Source of the DNA: a virus | Lineage: Duplodnaviria > Caudoviricetes | DNA: 64,000 nt | Reading direction: 5' to 3' (one strand) | Virus record (IMG/VR): IMGVR_UViG_3300033075_001228 | Shown: positions 48,134 to 58,474 of the stretch, piece after piece | Position numbering within the stretch: the stretch's first letter is position 1 | Layout: the number at the start of each line of letters is the position of its first letter | Program-made: the position numbers and the translations under genes | The notes under the pieces: model-generated | What the model was told of the DNA's origin: nothing | Seen by the model: the letters and a program-made list of their open reading frames with translations, nothing else | Databases searched by the model: none

Positions 48134-48507
48134 AGCTAACCTTAAATCCCAAAGAGCAGCTGGCGCTATACGGCTACCTTCACCTTAAGCTAGGAAGCAA
48201 GGCTGATTCGTCTGATCCTGAGACCGTGCACCTGCAGCAGGTGTACCTGCGTCTTAGGTCGGCGATCGTGTCGAGCCTCGCAAGCTGCGACAATGTAAAC
48301 GACTTTGACGTCTGGATGAAGGTGCAACAGGCCAAACTGGCGCTCCTTGACAATTCCTCCGACAAACAGAAGGAAACCCCCGCAGGGCCCTCCACGCCGG
48401 CGCCTAGTGACATCTTGACTGACGATGAGGATGAGCTCGCGAGCGGTTCATACCCAAAGCCACAACGAACGTCATCGCCTGGGAAACATCGGCCTAAGAA
48501 AAGGTGA
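48130..48507 (+). CDS. Hypothetical protein
   Basis: ATGA coupling; 125 aa. Confidence 0.7.
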   Translation: MKLTLNPKEQLALYGYLHLKLGSKADSSDPETVHLQQVYLRLRSAIVSSLASCDNVNDFDVWMKVQQAKLALLDNSSDKQKETPAGPSTPAPSDILTDDEDELASGSYPKPQRTSSPGKHRPKKR

Positions 48508-48580
48508 AACCTCGACCCAGGATGTTGTATCTATAGATCAAAAGGAGATAGGACAAGTCAGGCCTGTTTTCACCTTTTAT

Positions 48581-48937
48581 GGGGGCGAAAAGGTTTCGAC
48601 GTGGCACAAAGATCCATTGCAGCAGGCACCGGTGCACGAGGGTCGGTTAAAACCCAAGTGAACGTTAGTTGCCAACGATAACGGCATCGTTTCCCTCGCC
48701 CACGCGGCCTGAGGGATTGGGTGTCCTGGTCGACCTCGAAACAGAATGACCGGGTGGCGCCAGCCGACGCTGGCAAAAACGTCGCCGGACGCTAAACGGA
48801 ACGTCTCACGGCCGAGACAGACGCTAAACAGTACGACCTAGCCTTGCCCGAAGGCGATCAAAGAGAGGGCCAAGCCTGTGGATGATGTGGTGGGACGGCG
48901 TGTTGCGGACGTGGGTTCGACTCCCACCGCTTCCACC
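48581..48937 (+). ncRNA. ssrA: tmRNA; tag reading frame 48671-48712 encodes (A)ANDNGIVSLAHAA*
   Basis: 5' GGGGGCGAAAAGGTTTCGAC; 3' GTGGGTTCGACTCCCACCGCTTCCACC; G3-U70 pair; TAGTT-GCC resume context. Confidence 0.95.
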
Positions 48938-48973
48938 GTGTTTTAATTGAACGCTTTCAACGTATGAACAGAC

Positions 48974-49240
48974 GTGAGCAAAAGGTCAAAAGACCGATCG
49001 AAATCTAAGATCATGAGAAGGCCTAACGAGCAGCGTAACGCTGAGCTAATCCGTGTCCTTTCGCAGGATGTGTCAGGCATGGTTTTGAGCATGGCGTTTA
49101 AGGTTGTTACGTCAAACGGCTTTAAGCTACACGTCCACAGCCTGAACGGTGAACGCAGGAGTAGGCTCGTTGAGCACGACATGCTCAGGATCAACGTTGA
49201 GGTGACCGCAGGAATAGTTCGAAAGGCTTGGGTAGGCTGA
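48974..49240 (+). CDS. Hypothetical protein
   Basis: 88-aa ORF; start uncertain. Confidence 0.5.
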   Translation: MSKRSKDRSKSKIMRRPNEQRNAELIRVLSQDVSGMVLSMAFKVVTSNGFKLHVHSLNGERRSRLVEHDMLRINVEVTAGIVRKAWVG

Positions 49241-49271
49241 GCCGTGGTATACATAACGGAGGGTACAAAGC

Positions 49272-49451
49272 ATGTCTGCAACAACTGAGGCGCTTTACGA
49301 CAAGATTCGTCAGCTTGAGAACGAGATCAAAGTGATCACTGAGTCAGGGCACGATCCAAAGGTTGCGCGAGACCTGCTCAAGCAGCTACAGGAGCAGCTA
49401 CGCTCGGCAAACGAGGCCTTGACGGAAGGCAAGACCCTGCTAAAAGGTTGA
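49272..49451 (+). CDS. Small coiled-coil protein (59 aa) MSATTEALYDKIRQLENE...LTEGKTLLKG
   Basis: GGAGG SD; ATACATA motif upstream; below the track cutoff. Confidence 0.7.
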   Translation: MSATTEALYDKIRQLENEIKVITESGHDPKVARDLLKQLQEQLRSANEALTEGKTLLKG

Positions 49452-49490
49452 CCTTTACCTTAGACAAGCGTGTTGGTTACCATCTAACCG

Positions 49491-50084
49491 ATGGCACCAC
49501 ACGGCTACATTCCTTTAATCAAGCAGAGACTTTACGCATCTGAGAGGCCCTCATTTCTGGAGGTCGGCGTCGACCGAGGCGTAACGTTTCTGTCGGTTGC
49601 TACGTTTTTGGCTCGGACAAAGCCTCAGTTTGTTGCTGTCGGCGTTGATGTCCTTGTTCAGGAGGCAACGCAGCTGCTCCTTAACAACCTTGACCTCCAG
49701 CAAGGGCAACAGGCATACCTCGTTAACGGTAACAGCCTTAGCGTCTTGCCGCAGATGGTCGAGCAGAAGATGAAGTTTGACGTCATTGTTCTTGACGGTG
49801 ACCACAACTATCACACTGTCTCAAACGAGCTCCGGCACGTCGCTGCGCTTCTAGGCGACAACGGAACAATCATCATTGATGACTATGACGGTAGGTGGTC
49901 TGAGAGGGACCTCTGGTACGCCGAGCGCCTCGGCTATGAAAATGTCATAGACACGACAAAGAAGGTTGAGACAGAAAAACACGGGGTCCGCCCTGCCGTT
50001 GATGAATGGCTAAGCGAGAACCCATCGTGGCGTCTCAGCAAGCCTATTCAAGGTGAGCCTGTCGTTTTGTCGAGGCTGGCATGA
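49491..50084 (+). CDS. Class I SAM-dependent methyltransferase (Methyltransf_24-like)
   Basis: FLEVGVDRG, GNS, FDVIVLDGDHNY, IIIDDY, GVRPAVDE. Confidence 0.85.
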   Translation: MAPHGYIPLIKQRLYASERPSFLEVGVDRGVTFLSVATFLARTKPQFVAVGVDVLVQEATQLLLNNLDLQQGQQAYLVNGNSLSVLPQMVEQKMKFDVIVLDGDHNYHTVSNELRHVAALLGDNGTIIIDDYDGRWSERDLWYAERLGYENVIDTTKKVETEKHGVRPAVDEWLSENPSWRLSKPIQGEPVVLSRLA

Positions 50085-50686
50085 GGCTCAAGCTGGTTCC
50101 ACTTGCAGCCGTGCTCGTTGCCTGTCACTGCGTTGATGCTCCAGCTGGTGCTGCCAACGTCAGCCAACCTGTTTCATCGCCTCCCGCGGCTACGTCAGCT
50201 GAAAAGCAACGCCCCAGAAACGTTTTGATCGTAGGCGACTCAGAGGCGTGTGCAGTCGGCGCGGTTGCATCTGACGTAGCAAACGAACAGGTTCCGCCAG
50301 ACAACGTTAATGTTTCGTGCAAGGCTGGTTCGACAGTCCAATACTGGAGCGGCCTGCACATGAAACACGCGTTGAGCCTCTACCCGGCGTCTGACGTTGT
50401 GTTGGTGTTTTTGGGGACAAACCATTACACGTCTAGGTCTGCGCCTGACGTCAAGCCTTTGCTTAGCGAGCTCGCCGCTCGTCGCCTTCCGTGTGTTTGG
50501 GTGGGGAATGTTGCCGTTCACGGAAAGTCATGGCCGATCAATGCCTTGCTAAAGGCAGCCGTTAGCCCACCTTGCAGCTACTTTGACTCTGAACGCGTAA
50601 AGCTCCAGGACGGCGTGCACCCGGACAGGACAAACGCAAAGCTGTGGTTGAGACAGGTTTGGGCAGCGATTCCACGAAAGGCGTAG
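50081..50686 (+). CDS. SGNH/GDSL hydrolase, putative lipoprotein
   Basis: Signal peptide with lipobox LVAC; GDS, FLGTN, DGVHP. Confidence 0.8.
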   Translation: MRLKLVPLAAVLVACHCVDAPAGAANVSQPVSSPPAATSAEKQRPRNVLIVGDSEACAVGAVASDVANEQVPPDNVNVSCKAGSTVQYWSGLHMKHALSLYPASDVVLVFLGTNHYTSRSAPDVKPLLSELAARRLPCVWVGNVAVHGKSWPINALLKAAVSPPCSYFDSERVKLQDGVHPDRTNAKLWLRQVWAAIPRKA

Positions 50687-51543
50687 GGTTCAACGTGAAC
50701 GAAGACGACAAAAAGAAAGAACTTACTGAAGCTAAGCTGAGGTCTGTCGGCGTTGGGCAGGATGCTGTTGACGCTACGACAAACAAGGTCATGACAAGCA
50801 AGATCTCAGCGACTGACCTGAAAGCAGTGCTTGATGCCAAGTACGGTAAAGATGTAGAAGCTATGTTAAACAACACAGAAGGTGAGCGTGCTGATGCTTT
50901 TGAAAAAGCTGTCGTGTCGCTTGACATCGTTGCTGAGCTGAAGCGTCGTCTTGAGCAAAAGAAGAACGAAAATAAGAGCGACATCTATGATCAAAAGCTT
51001 CGTGATGACCTTAAAGAAGATGTGCAGCTTTCAAGGAATGTTGTCCGTGCCTTGATTAAGGAAAAAGAAGCCGTCGATGAGATCATGGAGCTAGCCATGC
51101 AACGACAACAAGACAAATGGATTGTGTTTGCTCCAGTTAACGGCTTGACGCCTAAGGATGCTGCCAAACGTGTCCTTAAACTCAAGGAGGAGTATGCTGA
51201 CGTTGAGCCCGTTGACCTGACTGATGCGTTAGATGACGTTGTTCCTGTTAGTGATGTTTACGTTGAGTGCATTCATCCGATCTTCAACGTTTCAAAGCCG
51301 ATAACTGAACAAAACGTGCCGCGTCAGATTTGGTTTGTTGTTCCTCCCACACCGTCGCCAAGGCAAGAAAGCAACGTTCTATTACGATATGTCAACGTTG
51401 ACAGCATGCCTAGGGAACTAAAGGATGTTGTCTCGTACTACATTAGCTTGAAAAACGACGACAACGCAACGTCTAGAAGCAGGTTTCGTGACGCTGTCGT
51501 TAACCTGATGAAATCAGCGGAGGCATCGTTAGACGATTCCTGA
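50644..51543 (+). CDS. Hypothetical protein; true start probably slightly downstream
   Basis: Long charged helical ORF. Confidence 0.65.
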   Translation: MVETGLGSDSTKGVGFNVNEDDKKKELTEAKLRSVGVGQDAVDATTNKVMTSKISATDLKAVLDAKYGKDVEAMLNNTEGERADAFEKAVVSLDIVAELKRRLEQKKNENKSDIYDQKLRDDLKEDVQLSRNVVRALIKEKEAVDEIMELAMQRQQDKWIVFAPVNGLTPKDAAKRVLKLKEEYADVEPVDLTDALDDVVPVSDVYVECIHPIFNVSKPITEQNVPRQIWFVVPPTPSPRQESNVLLRYVNVDSMPRELKDVVSYYISLKNDDNATSRSRFRDAVVNLMKSAEASLDDS

Positions 51544-51566
51544 CAACCAGTGAGCATATTTAAGAA

Positions 51567-52358
51567 ATGCGAACGCTTTACGTTGGTCTCTCAGGAGATG
51601 ATGTCAGGGCTTGGGAGTATTTTCTTCTTGGAATAAACCCATCCAGTGCAATTGTTGTTGATGGTGTATTTGACCAGGCGACGGCCGACGAAACAAGAAG
51701 GTTCCAAACAAGCGTAGGTTTTTCAGGCAAGGACGTTGACGGCGTCGCCGGTCCTGGGACGCTTGGAAAGGCAATGCAGCTTGGTTTCAACCCGTTGCAA
51801 GACGACAGGTTGACAGAAGACGGCCCCAACTGGCCACTTGCTCCAGCTCATGGGCCGATGCCAGCAGCTGAACGTCTTCAAACGTTTGGAACGTTTTCGT
51901 TTAGGCCCGCTGGAACAGCTGCAAACCCAGAGGCGATCGTCATGACAGACGACTGGGCAAAAAACAACATTGTGACCGCAGACGTCCCGCAGCTGCGAAA
52001 GCTCCGCGGCGTGAGCGGAAAGGTGCAGGTCCATGGGCTTCTAGAGAAACAGCTTGTCTCATTGTTTGATGCGTGGGAAGAGGCTGGTTTAGGTGACAGG
52101 CTTCTTACGTGGGGTGGTTCATGGGTGCCAAGGTATGTCCGAGGCTCTAGGACGCAGCTATCAAACCACTCCTGGGGAACAGCGTTTGACATCAACGTGC
52201 AGTGGAACATGCTCGGCACACAACCTGCGCTCAAGGGGCAAAAGGGTTCAGTGAGGGAGCTAGTCAAGGTGGCGTACGAGCACGGTTGGTACTGGGGTGG
52301 GTGGTTTAAAGGAAGACCTGATGGGATGCATTTTGAAGCCTTCAAAGTTGTAACGTAA
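51567..52358 (+). CDS. Endolysin: peptidoglycan-binding domain + M15 peptidase
   Basis: SGDDV..VDGVF..FQ..VDGVAGPGT; SNHSWGTAFDIN; DGMHFE. Confidence 0.88.
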   Translation: MRTLYVGLSGDDVRAWEYFLLGINPSSAIVVDGVFDQATADETRRFQTSVGFSGKDVDGVAGPGTLGKAMQLGFNPLQDDRLTEDGPNWPLAPAHGPMPAAERLQTFGTFSFRPAGTAANPEAIVMTDDWAKNNIVTADVPQLRKLRGVSGKVQVHGLLEKQLVSLFDAWEEAGLGDRLLTWGGSWVPRYVRGSRTQLSNHSWGTAFDINVQWNMLGTQPALKGQKGSVRELVKVAYEHGWYWGGWFKGRPDGMHFEAFKVVT

Positions 52359-52376
52359 CATATACCTACATAGAAA

Positions 52377-54041
52377 ATGGCACTTATAACAGATCCAGAT
52401 TTTCTCACTGGCAGCATTGCTGACGATGGAACAAAGAACGTATTCATCAACACAACAGGCAGAACAATCAAGTTATATCAAACTGGTGCTTTGTCTACAG
52501 ATGGTGTTACGCTTAAGTGTGTGTATTCGTTCCTTAAAGAGCAATGGAAGAACGATCCAAATAACCAGAATTTAGCTGCGTTTCCGTTTCCGATGACACC
52601 GATTACCGATGAGAGCTTTGAGCTCATCGATGGGTGGGATTTTGCTAACGATTCTACGAGGTATTTGCTTAGGACTGCTGGATGGACTGTTAAAAATCAA
52701 TCTGCTGGTGCAGTTACGCAAAAATGGGCTGGAATCATTGGTCTAGGTAGTGTTCCTAGCACTGCTCAGCTTTACTACGATCAATTGTCCGGCGCTATCA
52801 ACATGCAGTTGACTGGGCAAGTCAACCAGGCCATTCAGATCTTAAGCGATTCAAACGGTGATGGAAACTTCGACTCTAACAACAGATCTAGCTTTAAGCT
52901 TTTTGTACGTGAGTATGCTCAGTTGTACGGCGGAGCAAGCTTGGTTGATATCGGTGTTTCGACGATGGACAGCCAGGCCTATCGTTTTCCGATCGCTGCA
53001 TCTACAGATCTTAAGATAACCCACACTGACAACCAGGTCTCTGGAACCAATTATCCATACAACGAGATATTGGTTAGGTACTTTACTGGTTCATTCAAGC
53101 GAGACGTTGATACGACCAATCTACCTCGCTCATTTGGCATTGTGATTGATGTTGGTACGCATTCGGGGTGCGATGGGCAATTCACAGCCGGACAAAACAC
53201 ACTTACGTCTTCAGCTGGTGGTATCTCTGGTTCTAACTTTGTCAACGGCACGCTCGTCATTCATTCTGGTTCAGCCAAAGGAACGTACAACTTAGCGGGC
53301 GGCGTCCCACAGGCGGGGGATCGGATCAACATTTCAACAACATTTCCTACGTCAATGACGAGCGCGTCGTATACGCTCTACAAGTCTGCGAGCTTAGGAG
53401 CGACTGCTGAACAAATCTATGAAAAGGTTCAGTATCTTTTACGACAGAATACACATATCAACTCAATCGCCACAGGTTCAACAAGTATAATTGGTAAAAC
53501 ATCTGACCTGTTGCTTCGATTTGTCGGTGACACGTTGGAAGCGGGTACGTTAAACCCCGTCAACCCAGCTTCAGGTAGCGCAAACGGAGTTATCATTGAA
53601 GGATTTTCAACGTCTGACACGAACAGGTTGACGTTTAGGGACATCGGAGGAACGAACAGAACGTACCCGTTCGTTGCGACATTGACGTTGAACTTTGGAA
53701 CAAATCTTATCAACGATGCAAATGCGAAGTATTGGGTCTATTTCACAACCCTTCCTGGCGGTAGCGATGATTTCGGTCAAGCAAACGCAGTGTTAGTTTT
53801 GGATAATTCAAACCTGGTGATGTCCGGTAACATCAGCGCTCAGTCATCTGTCCAAAGATCTTTCAACTATGACGGTAATAACCAGGGAGGTAGAACCCCT
53901 GGAACAGATGCTAGCGTGACAGCTATCGCTATTGGATTGGAAACAGGCCAATATGTTCGTGCTGAAGGAACGATTGCAAGATCGACAAGTAACACAATTT
54001 CTCTTGTCGCACCGTTGGAACGTAACTACAGCAACGCGTGA
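52377..54041 (+). CDS. Putative fibre/virion appendage protein
   Basis: 554 aa, Ser/Thr/Gly-rich beta protein. Confidence 0.6.
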   Translation: MALITDPDFLTGSIADDGTKNVFINTTGRTIKLYQTGALSTDGVTLKCVYSFLKEQWKNDPNNQNLAAFPFPMTPITDESFELIDGWDFANDSTRYLLRTAGWTVKNQSAGAVTQKWAGIIGLGSVPSTAQLYYDQLSGAINMQLTGQVNQAIQILSDSNGDGNFDSNNRSSFKLFVREYAQLYGGASLVDIGVSTMDSQAYRFPIAASTDLKITHTDNQVSGTNYPYNEILVRYFTGSFKRDVDTTNLPRSFGIVIDVGTHSGCDGQFTAGQNTLTSSAGGISGSNFVNGTLVIHSGSAKGTYNLAGGVPQAGDRINISTTFPTSMTSASYTLYKSASLGATAEQIYEKVQYLLRQNTHINSIATGSTSIIGKTSDLLLRFVGDTLEAGTLNPVNPASGSANGVIIEGFSTSDTNRLTFRDIGGTNRTYPFVATLTLNFGTNLINDANAKYWVYFTTLPGGSDDFGQANAVLVLDNSNLVMSGNISAQSSVQRSFNYDGNNQGGRTPGTDASVTAIAIGLETGQYVRAEGTIARSTSNTISLVAPLERNYSNA

Positions 54042-54050
54042 TTGGAACGC

Positions 54051-56330
54051 ATGCCAGTAATTCGCGATATATCATGGTCATTTGAATCAGTCACAACAGA
54101 TGCTGGGGTAACTGTTCCGATGCCCGCGTATGAGGGTGACGATTTGCTTCTAGCCTTCATCCAGAGCGATACTGGAGCTCCTACTGTGACTGCGACTGGT
54201 TGGGCACAGGTATTTACGCGCAGCAATACTACGTCATTGACTGTGCTAAGAAAGATTGCAACTGGTTCTGTGGAACCAGCAACTGTAACGTTTGCAGCAA
54301 CTGTTAACGAAACGTATAACGGAGCGATCGTTTCAATCAAGAATGTTGATACGGCAACACCGATCAACGTTTCAAATAACGCAAACCAAGCTTCAGCAAA
54401 CAAGTTTGCATTTCAAGCAGTCACCACAACACGTGACAACTGTTTATTGATATGTGCTAGCGCAAATTCAGCAGTTGGGGTACCGTCGATCATTGAAGGT
54501 CCTGTTATTGGGATCTTGGGTGCAGATGGAGCAGCTGAGTCTCAAGGAATAGGTTGGACGATCGCGCCCTTTAGCGGTTCAACAAACGGTATCACCACTA
54601 GCATCAGCTGCTCTAACGTTGCCGCTGGTGCAGGTGTAAAAGCAGTCATTGCTATCAATCCGCCGTTGACTGGAACGTTGTTTGTTCCAACGTACTGCGC
54701 TAGTGATAGTTCGGTTTATGTGGATCCGATCAACGGAACGACTGCGTACAACGGCAATGCTGCGTTGGCTGCCACGGCTGATACATTGTTTGGTACTTCG
54801 TTAAACAGCATCACTGTTGCAGATGCGACTGTCGCTGCGGCTGCTGACACGGGTCTGAATTCGTTTCATTCAACCGGTCAACTAACTACGCCGTCTGCGA
54901 CCTCAAGTTGGGGTGGGGCGACTGTTGATTTGGCGGCGGGTAATAACGTAAACGTTACTGGGAAAAATGTCTTGGTTCACGTCGGGCCTTCGACCTCTGG
55001 ACAGACGCAGCGTTTTCCGACTGTTTCTTCAAGTCGTAAAGGAATTGCTTTTGGAATGTTGTCGTCAGCAGGCAACTATAAGGTCTGGTATGTTCACGGA
55101 AATGGAACACCTTGGGGTCAATCAAGAGATGTTCCATTGGTCATTAATTCAAGCGCCGTAACGAGCTCAGTGCTTCAGTCAGCAGGAACGTTTAATGCTG
55201 CTGCTGCTGATACATTTGGGTTTTGGGTATCATCAACAGGTGTTTCCACCACAATTTGGCAGTTTGCATCGTTGTGGGTGCTTGATACCACGATCATCGC
55301 TGGCGGTAATGTATCAGGATCAGTCAATATTGAAGGCATAACTAACGCCGCCGCCCGCGGTCATGAACGTCGATCTGTGATCCAACAAGGAGCAAACCAA
55401 GCGCTTGTTCTTCAGCCGTTACAATTTGGGAACGGTGGTACTAATCCAATTTACCTTGATCTAGACGCTACTGCCATAGAATTTCCACGTCAATACAACC
55501 TGTCAAAAAAGCAGATCGGTTACTGTAGCGCTGATAACGTAGCTGGTTTAACGTATTACGCTGGCAGCGGTGATACCATCAAGCATCGCAACAGCGTTGT
55601 TTCGTCACCATCGCAGTATCATTGGAGAATGCACGTTTCATCATCAGCTTCAGCCTCATATGATTTTTCTGGCCTGTCGATCATCGGCGCCGGTGATGTT
55701 CAGTTACGTAATGTGACAACGTTCTCTGACGTATCGTTTACCAATTGCGGCGTCATAACGCAAAACTCAGCTTCGCTATCAAGCTGTAACATCTCTAATA
55801 GCATTACATCATCGGCGGTCGTTTCAAACAACCCAGGCGGGATCTCCGATTGTGTATTCACCAGTGCTGGAACTGGTCACGCGATTGAGATTACGTCCGT
55901 CGGCGCATTTACGTTTTCTGGTAACGTTTTTTCTGGTTACGGTAGCACTGGCACCACTGACGCTGCCGTGTACAACAACTCTGGTGGTGCCATCACGATC
56001 AACGTGGTGAATGGTGGTAGTACTCCAACGTATCGTAATGGTGCTGGTGCTTCAACGACTGTCAACAACAACGTTAACGTTACGTTGACGGGTCTTAAGA
56101 ATCCAACTGAGGTTCGTGTATTCTCTGCGGGAACACAGACGCCTTTGGCTGGTCAAGAAGATGTAACGCTGGGTGAATTTACATTTTCAGTTGGATCAGG
56201 GGTAGCGGTTGATATTTCAATACTGTCGTTAGGATATCAAAACATGAGGATTTTAACGTACAGCACAACCTCTGACGTAACCCTTCCTATTTCACAACAG
56301 GTTGATCGACAATATGAGAACATAGCGTGA
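54051..56330 (+). CDS. Putative fibre/receptor-binding protein with a beta-helix-like C-half
   Basis: S/T/A/N-rich; repeated FS/FT..C turns; likely ATG start MPVIRD. Confidence 0.6.
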   Translation: MPVIRDISWSFESVTTDAGVTVPMPAYEGDDLLLAFIQSDTGAPTVTATGWAQVFTRSNTTSLTVLRKIATGSVEPATVTFAATVNETYNGAIVSIKNVDTATPINVSNNANQASANKFAFQAVTTTRDNCLLICASANSAVGVPSIIEGPVIGILGADGAAESQGIGWTIAPFSGSTNGITTSISCSNVAAGAGVKAVIAINPPLTGTLFVPTYCASDSSVYVDPINGTTAYNGNAALAATADTLFGTSLNSITVADATVAAAADTGLNSFHSTGQLTTPSATSSWGGATVDLAAGNNVNVTGKNVLVHVGPSTSGQTQRFPTVSSSRKGIAFGMLSSAGNYKVWYVHGNGTPWGQSRDVPLVINSSAVTSSVLQSAGTFNAAAADTFGFWVSSTGVSTTIWQFASLWVLDTTIIAGGNVSGSVNIEGITNAAARGHERRSVIQQGANQALVLQPLQFGNGGTNPIYLDLDATAIEFPRQYNLSKKQIGYCSADNVAGLTYYAGSGDTIKHRNSVVSSPSQYHWRMHVSSSASASYDFSGLSIIGAGDVQLRNVTTFSDVSFTNCGVITQNSASLSSCNISNSITSSAVVSNNPGGISDCVFTSAGTGHAIEITSVGAFTFSGNVFSGYGSTGTTDAAVYNNSGGAITINVVNGGSTPTYRNGAGASTTVNNNVNVTLTGLKNPTEVRVFSAGTQTPLAGQEDVTLGEFTFSVGSGVAVDISILSLGYQNMRILTYSTTSDVTLPISQQVDRQYENIA

Positions 56331-56356
56331 TGCTATGTGTAGTATAAGCAGCAGGC

Positions 56357-56743
56357 ATGGGATACCAATTTGATGGCGCAAATAAGCTGATCATATTGAC
56401 AGCTGGAACGACATCATTCTCAGCCACAGATCTGTATTCACGATGGAAGGATTGGGTTCAAATATCCGACAACTCTAAGTACATATTTGCATTTACTAGC
56501 GTTGCTGGTGATCCCATAGGTTCCGGGCAAACGATTGCACCATACATCTTTCTCAACACGATTGATGGATGGCGAATTCGTCCGCAAGAAGTTGATCACG
56601 AGCTGCGGATTAGTGGAAACCTTTATTCGAACGACTCGTCGTTACCTTTGTTCGTGCAAACATTGGGTGATTACACAGTAACGATTATCATTGAACGCTC
56701 TAGCGCCGCGATCGTTGTTGGTGGTGGACGTGTGCTGAGGTAA
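56357..56743 (+). CDS. Hypothetical fibre-cassette protein
   Basis: DLYSRWKDW...IDGW resembles VYSFLKEQW...IDGW in the 52377 gene. Confidence 0.65.
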   Translation: MGYQFDGANKLIILTAGTTSFSATDLYSRWKDWVQISDNSKYIFAFTSVAGDPIGSGQTIAPYIFLNTIDGWRIRPQEVDHELRISGNLYSNDSSLPLFVQTLGDYTVTIIIERSSAAIVVGGGRVLR

Positions 56744-56746
56744 TCT

Positions 56747-57505
56747 ATGTGGTTTACACGCATGGATCAGGGTTTTAGGGGTTGGTTTGCAGCTGTTAAT
56801 CCAATGGGAACATTAGCAACTGGCTTATCGTCTAGTAGCTTTACAATCACAGTTCGTAATCCAGCAGACACAGCTTCAAGTACGCCAAGTGCCATTGAAT
56901 CAGGAAAACCCGGTCTTTATCGATTTGATGTTACATCATCGTATTTTTTGACACATGGTACAGGCGATTATGGGGTCGTGATTGAAGTCACCAACGGTTC
57001 GAACTCTGACGTGCTGTCGAATGTTTTAAGTGTTTACCAACATGATTTTGATACGTTGTTGTCATCATCGATCAGTATTTCATCGTCAAGCATTCAAACG
57101 TTAGTTTCAGCAACGTGGGATGCTAACATGAGTTCACATATTTTGTCTGGGACTGCTGGTGTGATGCTTAGAAGCGCGAGCTTGGGCCCGACACCAACGA
57201 TCGATTACCAACAAATTGCAACGTCTGTTTGGAATGAGCAGCTATCATTGCACACTGAACAAGGTTCCACAGGATTATCACTGTCTCAAGTATCTGGTAC
57301 TATTAGCTTGATTTCCAGCTCTGTTGGTCGTATGTCTGGTACGTTAGGTTTTCTTTACGACATAAACTTCGGTCGTTGGAGAATCATTTCAAATGAAATG
57401 ATCTTCTACAAAGATGATAATGCAACTGAGATAGTTAGATTTGCTCTTAAGGACAGCGCGGGCGCACCAACAATGGAGTCAGTCTTTGAGCGTGTTAAGA
57501 TCTAA
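56747..57505 (+). CDS. Hypothetical Ser-rich virion protein
   Basis: 252 aa; repeated (A/V)W..H...G(T/S)xG. Confidence 0.6.
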   Translation: MWFTRMDQGFRGWFAAVNPMGTLATGLSSSSFTITVRNPADTASSTPSAIESGKPGLYRFDVTSSYFLTHGTGDYGVVIEVTNGSNSDVLSNVLSVYQHDFDTLLSSSISISSSSIQTLVSATWDANMSSHILSGTAGVMLRSASLGPTPTIDYQQIATSVWNEQLSLHTEQGSTGLSLSQVSGTISLISSSVGRMSGTLGFLYDINFGRWRIISNEMIFYKDDNATEIVRFALKDSAGAPTMESVFERVKI

Positions 57506-57530
57506 CTAGCTAAACGAAAAGGCTTCAGTT

Positions 57531-57884
57531 TTGAAGATCATCACACGCGGGTTTGGTGGCATAGGCCAAAATAGCATAGTGACGCTGGGGTATGGTCCCA
57601 GCGTTGTTCAAGCTGTTGTTGATGGCATTGTTGAAATTTTCAAACCTCGCCAATCAGGCCGTCGCTCATCATCGTATGAACATGAGCTTGAAGATGTTAT
57701 TACCGTGTGGGCAAAATTGATTGAGGTCAATGAAATTCAACCAAAGCATGATATCGTTGGAAAGCAAATAGTTACACCTGACGAAAGCTCAACGTTAAAT
57801 GTCATGGTTGAGTTTGTGAAATCAGTTGTTGAACGTTTAATAAGACGAGTGACAGTTAGTTTTGTGCGTAACAAACGATCATAG
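57531..57884 (+). CDS. Hypothetical protein
   Basis: 117-aa ORF, TTG start. Confidence 0.55.
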   Translation: MKIITRGFGGIGQNSIVTLGYGPSVVQAVVDGIVEIFKPRQSGRRSSSYEHELEDVITVWAKLIEVNEIQPKHDIVGKQIVTPDESSTLNVMVEFVKSVVERLIRRVTVSFVRNKRS

Positions 57885-57923
57885 TCATCGTTAGATTTAG
57901 CTGTTCACAACATAAATACTAGC

Positions 57924-58430
57924 ATGGATCACACTGATAGCATTGATGTAGATCTTGACGAACAAACAGAGCTGTTATTCAAGGTTAAAATCGAGGGAGC
58001 TAAGCAGGAAAAAGCAACAGTTAGGTTAGTGTGTGAAGGTAGCGATCACGCGTTGTTGTTTTCTGGCAAGTCGTTAGGACATGATGATTTGGTTCAATTC
58101 ATCATTCCTAGCCTAGCCTCAAAGACAAATGAGGGCCTTCACTCTGCCAAGATTGAAGTTATGATTGAAAATCGTTACTTCGTTCCAGTTAGCTTTTCGC
58201 TTAACGTAAAGAAAACCATCAAAGTTGTCGCTGAGTCAGTTACAGAAGCTAAGAAGTTTTTTCAACCAAACGTCGTGGTGAAAGCTGAACCAGTAACACC
58301 TACGTTAAAAGAACGTTACGTTCAAAAGTCTAAATTGGTCGAAGTCCAAAAGCCAGTTGAAGATCTTAACGAAGAATCGATCCTGACGTTAGCCAGCAAA
58401 TTCTTGCAGAAAAGCAAAACGAAACGCTAG
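57924..58430 (+). CDS. Hypothetical protein
   Basis: 168-aa ORF. Confidence 0.65.
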   Translation: MDHTDSIDVDLDEQTELLFKVKIEGAKQEKATVRLVCEGSDHALLFSGKSLGHDDLVQFIIPSLASKTNEGLHSAKIEVMIENRYFVPVSFSLNVKKTIKVVAESVTEAKKFFQPNVVVKAEPVTPTLKERYVQKSKLVEVQKPVEDLNEESILTLASKFLQKSKTKR

Positions 58431-58474
58431 CACCTTAGTAGCTATCAACGTTCCATACATATCGTTGAGGCTTG

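Noticed and set aside
48425-48776. Short ORFs over the tmRNA region
   Set aside because: Explained by the tmRNA gene
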